A stretch of DNA of 64,000 nt, from contig OZ287067.1 in the NCBI GenBank assembly GCA_965645245.1, positions 2,542,001-2,606,000 of the forward strand, given 5' to 3'. This document shows, in pieces, positions 36,822-50,274 of this stretch. The DNA comes from Massalongia carnosa. Taxonomy: Eukaryota. Every line of letters starts with the position of its first letter. Positions within the stretch are counted from its first letter, which is position 1. A model generated the notes under the pieces. It made no database searches and had not been told where the DNA came from. It saw nothing but the letters and a program-made list of their open reading frames with translations. Position numbers and translations under genes: made by a program.

Positions 36822-38465
36822 GTAGGTAGGGTTTTTTCCTTTCTTGCGTTTTCTACGTTTTTGAAATGGAAAAGGGGGCGAGGGGGGTGGCAGAGGTAGC
36901 GCAGGGCTGGATTGCGGGTCTAGGAGGATGGGATGGATAGTATGAGTGTTGTGTTGGTATCGATTGGCATTAGCTTGACTGGCATAAAAGTACTTGAGAG
37001 AAGTATCGACTTTTGAGTTTTGGAAAAAGTAGAGAAATCGATGATTGCAATGCATGCTTCCCTGTTCTACTTTCCCCTATCATTTCATTCTTCATTTTTT
37101 CTTCTCCTCATTCATTCATTTCTCGTTTCATTTTTCATTTTTTGCATAGACAGATACGACCGTCCTTGGGATCATGAGGGTGTTTTGAGAAAGAGTTTAA
37201 AAAAGAATAGAAAGGAAAGAGAAGAGGCAAAGAAATAAACAAGAAAGGACTTGAAAAAGATAGCAGACGGAAAATGTTGAAAATGTTGAAAAGAATAGAG
37301 AGGAATAGAATCATCAACGATTCTAATTCTCCTCCCTTTTCATTCCCTCCCCTCCTCCCCTCTTTCCCCATCAAAACCTCCGACCCTAGCTGAAGCTAGC
37401 GTGTTCAATTTCTAGCTTTAGTCTGGTCGGGTAGAGATAGGTAGGTGGGTGGATGGGATGGTTGGGCGAAGGGATGAGGGGATGGGTGGATGGATGAGGG
37501 AACATTAAGGGGGTGGAGGGGGATGGATGAGGAGATGGATGAATGGATATAATGAGTCGCACCAAAACTCGGAATGAAGGACGAGCACGAGGGATGTGTA
37601 TTCTAACAGCCGATACCGTGTTTTTTTAGAAAGGGTAGGGAAAAGGGGGTAGTTCTTTCTATGGATACCTATAGACAGTATCTTGCTTATATTTCTCTCT
37701 TTATTTATTTAATCTTTCTTCCTCTTCCTCTTTCTCCTTCTCCACCTAGCAGCAGGTAAATTACTTCAAATATCTATTTTAGAGTAACTTTAATATTCCT
37801 ACTGTCATGTTTTTGGTTTTTGTTTTGATTTTTGAGGGGGGAGGGGGGGAGACTTTGGTTTTGTGTGAAGGGAAGAGCAGCAAGATGGGAGTTTTCTCAA
37901 GACAACGATCGATCAATGCGTGTTCTCTATTCTTGTTAATTTAAGCAAGGTTGCCCAACGTGGCCGGTACTTATAACATGTACTTATAATCGGGAAATGA
38001 AGGTAAAGCCCATGATTATGATTCGAGAATATATGCTGGGCTTTTTGGGGTTTTGTCGAATCGCGCTGCCTTGTCGATCTCGTATATTTTAAGGGAAAAG
38101 CAGCTACTTCCCTCTGGACTCTTTCGCTTAGCGTGGTTTTCTGTTATTTTCTGCCAGGAGAAACATGAGGATGTGGGCATCGGGACTGCTCTGCGGTCAG
38201 TTCCTCATATAGAGCAGTTCCCCAATTGGGAATAATTTTCAATAAATGATGTTAAGGCGTCGACCCCAGTTTTCTATTTTTGGCAATAGCCGAGTCGTGC
38301 AGCCCGCAGCCTCACGGGATAGCTGCGAAGGTACAAGGTTCACTTCATGGGCTATGCTAGTATTTTATAAGTAGATTGGACTTTCAGGGGACACTCTCGA
38401 CTACGTAGGATCCCTCTTATTCACGGAGAATTTGCGGCTTCCGAAAGCCCAGGCACCATTTTTCA

Positions 38466-38972
38466 ATGGATCGGACAGAGTCCAAATCAAAAACAGTCAC
38501 CACCTACATCTTTCAGCTCCTTGCGATCGGGGTTGCGGTCCTCTTCGGCATCTATGCGGTGCTGGCCTATTATCTCAGCCAATCCGCGTTAGAGGAATCT
38601 CACATCGCAAACCAACTGGCAATCTTGAACTTGTGCGTCTCCTCCGAGGTAAGATCTCCTTCAACTGCAAATTTTATCAGATATAAGTCAAACATTATCC
38701 GCACTTCTTCAAGAAATGGATGGTTTCCTGATATTAACACCATATAGGCTGTAACAAGGTTCCCGCAGCAATGCCAGCTCGCGTTGCAAGGCATAGGCCT
38801 TGCGAATATCACAGACCGTCTCGTATCCCATCCGCGGTCCAAAGTAGGGGCAGGCAAGGGACCGTCACCTCATATATCTAAGCCGGCTGTGATTGCGATG
38901 GGGGTTGGGCTGGGGATTGGGGTGCCGTCGCTCTTGTTGTCGACCATATCGGTTTGTTTGAGGTTTAAGTAA
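38466..38972 (+). CDS. Small hypothetical membrane protein, 2 exons
   Basis: TM IFQLLAIGVAVLFGIYAVLAYY then ANQLAILNLC; intron about 38649-38747 (GTAAGA...TAG); C-terminal TM AVIAMGVGLGIGVPSLLL. Confidence 0.7.
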
Positions 38973-40564
38973 GAAGTTATTGAGATTTGGGACAGAGGCT
39001 ACCACAACAGATTTAGAAAGTGAGTATTTGTACAGGTTCGATGCATGGCGGTTTCCCTTGTCCTTCTGACAAACGCCATGTACGCCTGCCCTTGTGCTAG
39101 GACTTTGATGTTAGTTTTGCTAGACTGTCAGAAGGCAGACCACCAAACCTCGACAGTAGGTAATAACATACCATAATATATATGTTTCCCTAAAAGTAAG
39201 TGGGTTGGTGGGGGTTACGTATTTCGTGACCCCTAATAAGTGGTTAGAATCCGGACTTCGTATCCCCTTTGGCGTATAGATGACTTTTTGGCTCTCTTCT
39301 CCTCATCATCGTCATTAATATGGTGCACAGCACCAAGAGTCTTTTTCATTCATCCACATCGCATAGGCCGATGAGTTTTTCCTCCTTCGTTGGCAGGGCT
39401 AAGTCGCTAGAGAAAACTTTAGCATATTTGAGCACCCGTGGGCAGCGGCGGGGAGATCTGCCCAGCCACATAGAGTGTCAAACATATTTATCCTGAATTA
39501 TGGAGCCTGCGAATGGCTGGTTATTTAAACCATCTTTATGAGACCCATTCGCAATAAGTCCAACAACTCAATATAAAGTTCACCGCTTAATATACGAGAC
39601 TCATACCACTGGTCTTAAACTTATCTAAATGATCAGGGGGGTAGACAAAACAAGACCTTAGATTGTAAGACGACAGATTGATCAGGGGTCAAAAGACCAC
39701 GCCAGACACTTTGTATAGAGATTCTGGACGTGAAGCTAAAGTAGATTCCTGATTAGGAAAGTACGGGATAGTGTTGGATTCCTATGAGATCGTTGCATCT
39801 TGGGAGAATATTAAGAGAATCGAAACAACCCTGATATAAAGGTGATCTAATTGTTGCTTAGTTATTAGTTCTAATCCGAATCAGTTGAAATATCCTAGTT
39901 TTATGGCTTATTTTTCCCGAACAAAACTTCGCCAGCCGGCGTATGCGGTGCTTTCCTTTGAGGTTTATGATAAACGATTGAGATTTACGAGCATCATACT
40001 CTCTTTATAGCCATGCGATGAATTTCTATAAAGTATCCTTAGGAAAAACTAGTAGTGAAACGATGCCAAATAAAATCGCTCTGAACCTGGCCACGTTGGA
40101 TAGCTTGTATAAGGCTTTGTTCGTTTCAAAACGTCTTTTTTTGATGTGTGTTTTAGGGGCTGAAGATTAAGGTTCTTATAAACGCCTCAGAGCTCGTTCT
40201 ATTTGTGTAAAACTCCTCCTCCCAGCGTTTTCCTTGAGATTTCTCCTGGATATCGAAAGCAGGTATTGCCCATGAGTGAAAGAGATTGAGAAACCCAGAG
40301 GAGCTAAGCCGAGAAAGAAGAGCCGAAAAAGAATCACAAAAGAAAACGAGACGCATGACATTGAACGCCAAAAGGGAGGCGATGTGGGTGGCACGTACTG
40401 GGCTACCAATCCACTCTACAAGAACCTTTCAGATCTCTTTCTAAGAAGGTATCTGTATTCCATTTTTGCTCTCTCGGTTCATCCACGAACAGCTATACCT
40501 CCATATGCTTTTTAGACCGAACCTTGACTTATAAAATGCAACGACGTACCATAATGACTTGCTA

Positions 40565-40574
40565 GTCACGTGAC
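40565..40574. promoter_or_regulatory. Palindromic E-box GTCACGTGAC (Cbf1/bHLH-type) upstream of SGT1
   Basis: Perfect 10-bp palindrome about 150 bp upstream of the SGT1 ATG; function is inferred only. Confidence 0.4.
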
Positions 40575-40719
40575 ACTTTGTTCTCCTAAGCACGCTAGTC
40601 TCAGTTAGGTTGCTAGGAATGGAATCACGGAGTTTGTCGTAGCATGTCCCGGACTGACCGATCACCCTCCACTCCCAATATTGAAAACGCCCCATCAGTG
40701 GCATCGGTATCTTCTCAAC

Positions 40720-41988
40720 ATGGATGAAGCTGCCCGTGGGGCGTCTGCTCTATCCACGGGCGATTTTCCTCTAGCAATCACACACTACACCAAGGCTATT
40801 GGCTCCAATCCTCAAGCCGTTGATTATTACATAAAGCGTTCCACCGCCTACACTCGAATATCTCCCACTGATCCTACCTCTGCTCTCAAAGACTCGGAAA
40901 TAGCTGTTCTGCTGGCCGTAAAGAGAGGGAAGAGAGAACTCTTGGCACAATCACAGCTGAGGCGGGGGATTGCACTGTTTGGCCTGGAGCGTTGGGCGGA
41001 TGCTCAAGAATGTTTTAGCTGGGTTAGTAAACTTGATGAGAAAGAGAAAAGTCTGAAGATCTGGGGCATAAAGGTGGAGGCGAAATTAAAAGGGCTGGAT
41101 GAAAATGATGATAGGCGAAAAGCGACAGTAAAGGAAATCCCCGATGTGGAAATACCTAAAGAGATGGAAGTGAAGAAAATTGAGAGCACAGTAGCGAAAA
41201 CCAAATCAAGTATTGCAACCACACCGGAGGTTAAGGAGATTGCCAAACTAGAGGGCGTACGGACGCCAGCAGATAAGATCCGCCATGAGTGGTATCAAAC
41301 AACAGAGAACGTGGTAGTTACCCTCTTCGCTAAAGGGATCCCAAAGGATAAAGCTACTATCGAAATCCTACAGAAGTCACTCTCAATATCATTCCCTCTA
41401 CCAACCGGATCCGACTTCCAATTTTCGCTCGACCCGCTATACGCCAAAATTGACGAATCCGCGTCTCGGTCGAAGGTAATGTCCACGAAAGTCGAATTCA
41501 CTCTCAAAAAATTAACAAACGGACAAAAATGGTCATCACTCGAGAGTACCGAGCTTGCCTCGGACGAGACTGTGATATCGAAGGATGGTGATAGTGAGTC
41601 CTTGGCAATGAAGCGTGCTATTCTAGGAGACAAGCCAGCTGAATCCGCTCCATCATACCCAACTTCCTCTAAGTCAGGTCCTAAAAACTGGGACAAGCTG
41701 GCAGATGATCTCACGAAGAAGCGAAAGGACAAGACGGACAAGAAGGCCCAAGGAGACCACGGCGGCGACGACGATGACGGGATTGATGACTATGAGGGGG
41801 GCGATCCTGTGAACGGTTTCTTCCAGCAGCTCTACAAAGGCGCAGACCCAGATACTCGGAGGGCCATGATGAAGAGTTATCAGGAGAGTAACGGTACCGC
41901 TCTGAGCACGAACTGGGCCGAGGTTGGGAAGGGAAAGGTGGAGACCAGCCCTCCGGAGGGAATGGAGGCAAAGAAATGGATGCCTTAG
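40720..41988 (+). CDS. SGT1: SGT1 Hsp90 co-chaperone (TPR-CS-SGS), intronless
   Basis: TPR (YYIKRSTAY); CS domain KIRHEWYQT...STKVEFTLKK; SGS domain YPTSSKSGPKNWD and FFQQLYKGADPDTRRAMMKSYQESNGTALSTNW. Confidence 0.97.
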   Translation: MDEAARGASALSTGDFPLAITHYTKAIGSNPQAVDYYIKRSTAYTRISPTDPTSALKDSEIAVLLAVKRGKRELLAQSQLRRGIALFGLERWADAQECFSWVSKLDEKEKSLKIWGIKVEAKLKGLDENDDRRKATVKEIPDVEIPKEMEVKKIESTVAKTKSSIATTPEVKEIAKLEGVRTPADKIRHEWYQTTENVVVTLFAKGIPKDKATIEILQKSLSISFPLPTGSDFQFSLDPLYAKIDESASRSKVMSTKVEFTLKKLTNGQKWSSLESTELASDETVISKDGDSESLAMKRAILGDKPAESAPSYPTSSKSGPKNWDKLADDLTKKRKDKTDKKAQGDHGGDDDDGIDDYEGGDPVNGFFQQLYKGADPDTRRAMMKSYQESNGTALSTNWAEVGKGKVETSPPEGMEAKKWMP

Positions 41989-42855
41989 GGCTTGCGCATT
42001 GGACTTGGACAGGCTGAGGCGGTGCTATGTGAAGGCGTTGAGCATGGGATCAGAGTGAAGTACCTATTATTTTCCCATGACACATACAGCGTACGGATAC
42101 TTTGCGATCCACTTGGAGGTATCGATGTATCTTGCTGATGTGCCCAAGGGATGCAGATAGCAAACAGAAACGAATCTACCAAGTAAATGCATAGACAGCC
42201 TCTCAGTCGATAGACATTGAGACTCACGGCTTTAACTCGGATATACTGCACAGCCCCCATGCAGCCGCTGGTCCAGGGTTCAAAGAAGCTTACACAGTAG
42301 TTAGCTGAACGACATGCGGGCCGGGCCGAGAAGCCGACAAGCCATGTGCCCGTTCGGTCCAGGAGCTCTTTCGCGCGCGCTGCCTTCTTGTGAACGCATC
42401 AATCCAAGAACCACGGTCTGGGACTGGTGTTGTAGAATGAGTATCACAGGCGTGATCCGTCATTGCTTATCGTAATGGCTGCGCACTTCCTTTTCATATA
42501 CTCCTAGCTTCCTGCGCTGCTTCAATCGCTCTTTTGGTGTAACGTTTTGGTGCAACGTTGGCGTCTGTCAGCCTTGCTGCGTTGGGTTGTTTTGTAATGA
42601 TTAGCCTTGTTAACTTTGATTATGAACACAAATGTTTTTTTATTTCGCCGGCAGAAGTAAACGTTAACCGTCAATTTGCCAATTGATAACAGCGTGAGTC
42701 AACCCCCGCTGAACTGTCAATTGAGCGCCTCAATCGCTGAACATAAACTCTAGCGTTTGCGTCTGTAAAAGTTGCATAGAGTATTTACGGAGCATCCCTG
42801 ATCAACCTACAACGCTCATCAGTTACGCATCGCTACGTCTGCTTGCACGTTGATA

Positions 42856-45800
42856 ATGTCACTTTCCTCCAATGCCTTCCCCAAAACCCCGTCCAAATCC
42901 GACGATAAGATACAGAGGCATGTGGATTCGCTTGCTGCCGTATGGGGGCTGGAACTTCCAACAAGAGGGAAAGAGTTCAGCCCAGATAAATTGGATCCTA
43001 ACTGCATAGGAGAGCAGATACTGAATCGTATGAGGTTCTTAGTCTTTAGACAGCCAGCTTTGGATTCTGCCATTGAAGAATTCGAGAAGGAGGCCAAAGC
43101 TGCGGATGTTAAATGGATACGCAAACCGCACGCAGAAAATGATGTTCTTCCAAGTCGCGTCTCTGCTGAGAGTCGGCTGAATCGCGATTTCTTAAAACGC
43201 AAAGATCTAGACGTGTTTGTCAGAGTGCAGTTAATGGATAGCCTACTGCACTGTCTAGATCAAAAGAAGGACTTTGTTATGCGAGATCCAAGCTACAAAT
43301 CCCTTGATTATACCAAGAGTTAGTTTCTTTGCTTTGATCCTACTTATGGCACACCTAATCTCTTAGCAGGTCCTCCGATGATCTCGAGAAACTCCCCCAC
43401 CCCAAGAGCGAAAAAGCAGACTGTTCTAACCCGGCAATGGAATCGTATGACATCTAGTGTGCCAGAACCGCCTATGAATGTATCTCATCTAGCCAGCCAG
43501 CCTCCTTCGTCGGATGAATTTCCCCCGGAATTCGATATCTCGGAACTCACAGAGGATCTGATTATGGCCGACGCTTCGTCTATTCTATTGAAGAATGCCC
43601 CTAAAGTGAAAAGCAACTATGCCGCTGCTGCCAAAAAAGGTGCGATTGAAGACGAAGAAATCTTTGAAACCCCTCCATCTTCGTCATCCCATTCCTTGAC
43701 CTGTAGTTATGAGTTACTTGGGGATGGAGAGGGTAACGTTTGTACCGAGTCTAATTTTCTCTACTTTCAAACCCTAGACCTTGTCAGCATTCCATTGGCA
43801 GTGCAGTCTGGGAAAAAGCGGCCCTACCCTGAGGCCATGAAGCCCCCATCTTCGAGAAAGGCTACTCGGGCTCGACCAATCAGTCCTCCTCAATCCTACA
43901 ACGTGGATCATCTAAGTTTCATTGATGCGCCAGTAAAGCCAGAAGGGATAAGCTACCCTCCGTTTCTGAAACATAAGTCTTTCTCGCAAGTGCCAAGCAG
44001 TACCCCAAACGGGCTCTATATGGGAAACTCATTTGATAGTTCAACATCTTTCGCTTCTTTCACGAGGGTCCCTTCATTAACGTCGTCCATGACAACCCAA
44101 TCGACTACTTGGACCCCAAATTCATCCTTTCACATGGACTCCGCAGCAACCTCGTTCACCTCAGCCGTGGACCAAATGGAGCCATCGGAGTCTTCTTCGC
44201 ATCTGCACAGCACGCCTTTAGAAGATTATGCAACCAGCGACTCTGCTGCGCGCTCTATACCCAAAGCGTTGCGGTCCAAACGAAGTGATGTTGGACTCAA
44301 AAACTCTCATCTAAATGTTACGTCCGACTCCCATACTCTCAATGAGCGCGTGGATCTTGGTAGTCCCGAGATCTTTCATCCTAAGCTTGGGCAATTCACA
44401 AGCCGCGCCGATCAGAGTAAAAATTCTATAAACCATGACGCAGATAATGATCCTCTCAAGTATCCTGCATCTTTAATCTCGCTTGGTAAGTTTGTTATCC
44501 ATTGAGTTTATGCTGCAGGGTTTCTAATTGGGTGAATTCATTTAGCTCCTCAAGCCAAATTTTTTGTTCAAGACGAAGAGGGTAAAATTTCAAAACCGAT
44601 ATGTTTTCGCCAACTGCACGAAGTGACCAGGGTCTCAATATTCTCCAAGGTTCCTTTGGATGCTTTTTCGGAATGCTTGAACAAAAACATCAATGATTAT
44701 AATGAACTTTGGAAGGAGTTAGAGGCGACTGTAAAAAAACATGGATTGTCGCTGCCGGATCGATCGAGCCTGGAAGCCTGGGAAAGAGCTTTAAAGGATT
44801 ATGATGGCGTTTCGTTAACGGGAGATCTTAAATATGCCGAGAAGATGGGAGGCCATGTGTTTGACTATGCTCCAAACCCTCTAAAACTCGAAAGGTCCTA
44901 CCGGTTGGCAAGGAAATTTGGTGGAGATAGGTTCTGTGTTGTTGGTATGCCTGATATTTCTAATGGGAATTTTCCTGGGCACCTCAAGAGCGACCCGATT
45001 GCGGTGCGAAAACGTGTCATCAACCAGCTCGTGGATACGGATTTTCACTTCTCAGGCCGAGTGTGGCGCGCGTACTACGTGAAGCCAGAACCACGAAAGA
45101 AGAAGGCCCAAAAAGCGAAATCAAAAAGTCCCAACGACATCAAGTGTCGAGTGTTTTTCTTTGCTACGGATGGTCACGACCTTCCCGCTACCGAGCACGG
45201 TGCGATGTCGATCGAAAAACTACTAGAGTGGTTCATGCCAGCCAGACGAAATGAAGAACAACCTTGCCTCAAATTTTTCGCTCGTCTCGCATTAGGTTTG
45301 CTTGTCTATTCAATCTGAAAGTGTTAACCATGATTAACGGACTTTAGCTGTGAGTGGTACAGTTTCAACTGTGGTCTTTCGCCCCTGTGAAATCATACGG
45401 ACTTGCGATGCACGTGCAAATGCTCCTCAGAAAAGACGGTTGAAGATTGGACGTGAACGGAAGAGCAAATCACGGAATACTTCTGATATTGAGGCATCTG
45501 TCATGAACGATGTAAGTTCTCGGAAGTACAATCAGTCTTTCCGTGATTTACTCAAGTTTAGGGCTGCGCACGAATCTCAAAAGCTGCCGCACAAGCTATC
45601 GCAGATCATCTGTCTTTGGATCGAGTTCCTTCTGCTTTTCAAGGGCGTATCGGCGGCGCTAAAGGTGTTTGGATGATTGATGCCATTGGCGAAACTTTAA
45701 CCAACAGCAAAAGAGGGTTCTGGATTGAGGTTACGGACTCTCAGTTGAAATTCGAGGGACATGAGGCTGATATTTTTTTCCCTGATGAGGCGCGATTAAC

Positions 45801-47779
45801 CTTTGAGGTGAACTCGTACTCGAATAAGCTCTCGTCTGCTATCTTAAACTTTCAACTATTACCCATTCTGGCCAATGGAGGAGTACCAGAGAAAGTTTTT
45901 GAGAGATTGCTGGAAGAAGACCTGACGGACAAGATTGGCCAGCTGGAGGTAGCCATGGAGAGTGGTCTAACGATCGGCAAGTGGAATCAGGATAAATATT
46001 GGGCTGCCGGGGACAGGGCTCGATCCAAAGACGTTGAAATGCAAGGTGGAATCCCTCTTTCGAAGACGGAAAAGATTAATTGGCTCGTTGAGGTAAGAAA
46101 CCCTCCGAAAAATGGGCAATCATTACCAACTATCCAATAGCATGGCTTCAACGCCAAGAATTGCCGCTACCTGAAAGATTCACTTTTCAATCTCATTAAA
46201 GATTACTGCATGCGCCTAGAGACCAAGATGAGCATTGAAGTTGGAAAGTCAACTTCTGCATTCATGATCGCTGATCCGCTGGCGTTGCTGGAGGAAAATG
46301 AAATCCATTTAGGATTTTCAACTCCATTTTACGATTCGAAATCCAAATGGGAAGACACCATGCTTCATGATGTGGATGTTTTGGTTGCTCGTTTACCTGC
46401 ACTACTGCCGTCAGACATTCAAAAGGCAAGTCCTTCGTTCCCAGCCCTTTGTCCATTTAAGAGCTCTTCACCACCCTTAGTGGCTCAAGCTATTCACTTA
46501 TCATTGGGGTTCTTACATACAATAGGTTCGGGCTGTCTTCAAGCCTGAGCTACGCATGTATAAAGACGTTGTAGTGTTTTCTTCCAAAGGAAAATGCTCG
46601 TTGGCCGAAAAATTGTCTGGGTAGGTTTCAGTCATCTTGTTTGAATGGCTCTCGCTCTAACTTGATAGGGGGGATTATGACGGGGACAGGGCCTGGATTT
46701 GCTGGGAACCGAATTTGGTTGATCCGTTCGAAAATAGCCCGGTCCCTTTATGTCCACCGCTAAAATTTTATGGCATTGAGAAAGACAAACTAAAGGTCAA
46801 AGACATCATTTCCGATACAAACTACATAAGTGTATTTCTTCGCCATTGCTTCAACTTCCAATTCCGGTCGAATCTTCTAGGCTCTTGCACATTGTACCAT
46901 GAGGCTCTGGGTTACCATCGAAAGCGCATTGATGAAGAGGATACCATGATTTTAGGCTCCTTATTAGGGCTTCTCGTTGATGCCCCAAAGGCCGGCCTCT
47001 GTTTCGGTGAAAAGGAATGGATGGCCTTGCTCAACAAGCTTAAGCTTTCCAAACGGTTCCCCAAGCCCGCCTATAAGGATAAGGACAACGCGAAGCCTAC
47101 GAATCACATAATTGATAACCTCGTCTTCAAAATCGCCAAGGGCGTACGTGTGGATACCCTTGGGAAATTTTCGAAGCACTTTGCCCATGTCCAGTCGTGG
47201 GACGATGACCTTGTCCGTTTCTCGACTCGTGAAGATGATCTTAAACAAGACGACCAGGCACTCAAAACAGTGCTCGCGGACTTGCAAGAGCGCTTTAAAG
47301 GAATCGCCCACTATTGGGGTGCCAATACGTATATCCCCGATAATAACGAAGTCCACGAACCTCGAAAGCCAAATCCAATTTCCTTCTCCGCGGTAGTAGA
47401 GAAGTGCCGCGCTGATTTCCTGGCCATCAAGCCTTCCTGCCTGGGTCAAGAAGTGAATATTTCTCTTTTAATCAAACGTTTGGACAACAACTACGGGGAC
47501 GCACTGGGAATGTGGGGTCATTGGAGGCTATTGAAAGCGAGTGCATTTTTTCGAAAATACCACGAGTGGTCGATGGTATGGCACGTTGCTGGCGCTGAAC
47601 TGGCGGAATTGAAAGCGACGGCAGGGGGATTTGGCACTTATCGGATTGTGGCGGGCAGCATTTACCCAGCGATGAAACTGGATGGTAAGCTGGTGGATTC
47701 GAATAAGAAGAGGCTGACCTTAAGGAACGAAGAAGGTGACAGGGAGGAAGAGGAGTATGAATGGGGTGGAGAGGATTGA
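42856..47779 (+). CDS. Cellular RNA-dependent RNA polymerase, QDE-1-like (RNA silencing), multi-exon
   Basis: RLARKFGGDRF, KFFARLALG, MNDGCARIS (split by an intron), PSAFQGRIGGAKGVW, DVLVARLPALLPSDIQK/VRAV and LSG/GDYDGDRAW. The DYDGD variant is typical of the QDE-1 clade. Confidence 0.93.
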
Positions 47780-50274
47780 ATTTGCGAGGAAAGACAGTCG
47801 ACTGACACTTTGCCGCATGGATCAAGATTCCGCAAGCCGAGCGACTGCCCTTGCGATATAGAGGCCTACTTTCCGAGAAGACGAGGAGAGTCCACAGGGC
47901 TGAAGATTTGGACTTACCCACGGCTATGCTCCTATCTCACGACTATTGGTAGTACACAAGACATAAGCCCAAAGCAATAATTATCTCTAACCTATCCTAC
48001 CCCAGGATAGCGCTCGACGCCGAGAGTTCGTTTCACTAATAGACAATATTCTATGGAAGTTAGGAAACCGCTAAAGATACATATACGACAACGCCATACC
48101 AACCAACCTAAAAAAACCCTTTCGAAAGTAATTCTGTGCAGCCTTTCTTTTTCTTCTTTTTCCTGGTTTCTGGAGTCTGTTATTCGTCCAAGTATCCATG
48201 CACGAACGATGAGATGGATACATACGTACATACCCACCTTGGCGTTAGCATTAGCATTAGAAATTGGAGATATCTTTCCAGCTAGGATGATAAGGAAGGG
48301 AATTTCTGGGATAGGTATCTGCGGAGCGAGGATTTGGAAGGGGAGAAGGGGGCGATTTTTTTTCTTGCAAACATGTAGGGGAATCTGGAAAAGAGAAAAG
48401 GTTTTCTTGTGAAGACGTTGAGGGAATGAATGGATTATTTGACGAGGTGGGGGTTTTTAAGAAAGGGGGGAGGGTTTCTTTAAGTTTATTTCGGAGCAGC
48501 ACTCCATTTTTCGAATTGGTGCTGGGGAGGTACTTCAGGCCCAAATTATTTTTCCCATCTATCTATCCGTCGAGCTGCTACGCTGTGCATGTAATGCAAC
48601 GCAGCCCGCCCCGACTGGCTGACTGACTGGCTAACTCCCTTGCTTGTTAGCCCTCTGTCTAGCATGTCATTCTTTTCATTCCTCCTCTCATTCCCCCCCC
48701 CCCCCACACTTTTCTGTTCCCTCCACCCATCATCAAGACAAGATAACAAGAGGCCAAAGCGCCCCCTTTACCTCCTTCTCTCCCTCCCTCCCTCTCTCTC
48801 TCTGTATGTTATTACACACCTAGCCAGAAGATATTCCTTCAGAAAGAACACATGTCTTTCCTCATACTTACATGCATGCATCCCCCGTCTTTATGCAGTC
48901 TGTTCATGTCTTCCTCTTCCATGTGATCCCGGCTACAGTCAATTTCTCCGGGTTTCGCCAGAATGACTCGGAAGCAGTGGGTTTTTGAGGGGGTAGATGA
49001 TGGGAGTATTTGTTTGTGTATACCTTACCTATACGTAATAAATACACAGATAGATAGATGATGGGATGTTTGTTATTTGTTTGTTATCCCATTCTGTACC
49101 CCCCAACTCCTGCAACCAGAATCCGATAGGTTGACAGATACCTATTAAAGAGACTCCGAGATAGTTACGATAACATTCGATAAGTAGGCCTAGAAGAGGG
49201 GGGGTGAAAGAATCGGGAGAAAAGGCGTCTCAACTACCCTTTTTTAAATGTGTCGTTTTTGGTGCATCCTTTGTAGAGACTTGTTTTTATCTATCTATCT
49301 ATCTTTATCCCATCTAACCTTCCTGTTTCCAACCCCCTCTCGATTTTACATCACTATCTACTTATCTTGAACTAGCAGCCAGCTAACATAATTCTCACCT
49401 CATCGTTTTATTTCCCCGCTCCGCTTCCCCTCTCGGCTCGCGAAAATTCTCAGGTTCCGCTTTCCAGTCGCTAGATAGATAGATAGGTAAGGTAGGTAGA
49501 TAGCAAGCTTCCGCGTTATTCTTACTCTCAACTTCACCTCCACTAAAACGTAAACCCGACACGAAAACCCAAATCCGTCGATTAGATCTCTCTTCTTTCG
49601 GTGTGAGGATTTATCAGAGGCGATTTTTTAAAGAGGTTTTTGGAAAGGGAGAAGATTGACGGAAAATGTAGATTTTTTTCTCGCTCGCTTGTTATTCGTT
49701 AAATTTTCTATTTCAATCTATTTTCAAAACATACACATGGAAAGAGAAATTAATATATAGACAGAAAGGGGGGGAGCCGGGGGGGGGGGGGGGGTGGGAC
49801 TGTGAAGAGAAAGATGAAGTGGAGTTTCGATTCTTCAGTCACTCAACGGTTTCACTCGATTTATTTTCTCGCTTTTCTTTTTCTTTCTTTCTCTCCTTTC
49901 CCCTCAATTTCTTACCATTCATTCACTTGAGCGAAGTTCGACCTTTTTTTTTTGATATAATGCGTGTTATTCTTTTTGAAGAGAAAGAAAGAAGTGTAAA
50001 AGAAGGATTAGAACATCGTGTATGTCTAAGGAGGATTCAGGTATATGTATCTAAGTAGATAAAGAAAGAAGACGAGAAAGAAAGTGAAACGAGATGAGAG
50101 AAAATGAGTGTTGAAACCAGAGATTTGTCAATCGGATTTGGGAACAAGGATGATGAGAAAAGAGTTTTATCGTCTAGCAAAGCTACATAGAAAAGCTCCC
50201 CATCTTTCGAACTATCATCCAGCTTTGTCGTCTGTGTCGTCATTTCGAGAAAAGCGCTTTTTCAGTCTGCTTGC

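Noticed and set aside
21000..39000. Starship-type giant element carrying the Pca1-like gene
   Set aside because: No DUF3435 tyrosine recombinase captain or identifiable boundaries in the window.
39235..39290. tRNA-like AGTGGTTAGA D-loop motif
   Set aside because: No T-loop GTTCRA or acceptor stem at the expected spacing.
39300..40150. AT-rich stretch that might be a TE or gene relic
   Set aside because: No recognisable motif, terminal repeat or sustained reading frame.
40720..47779. SGT1 plus RdRP as a linked immunity module
   Set aside because: Both are widespread genes; adjacency alone is not evidence, and no Argonaute, Dicer or NLR gene lies nearby.
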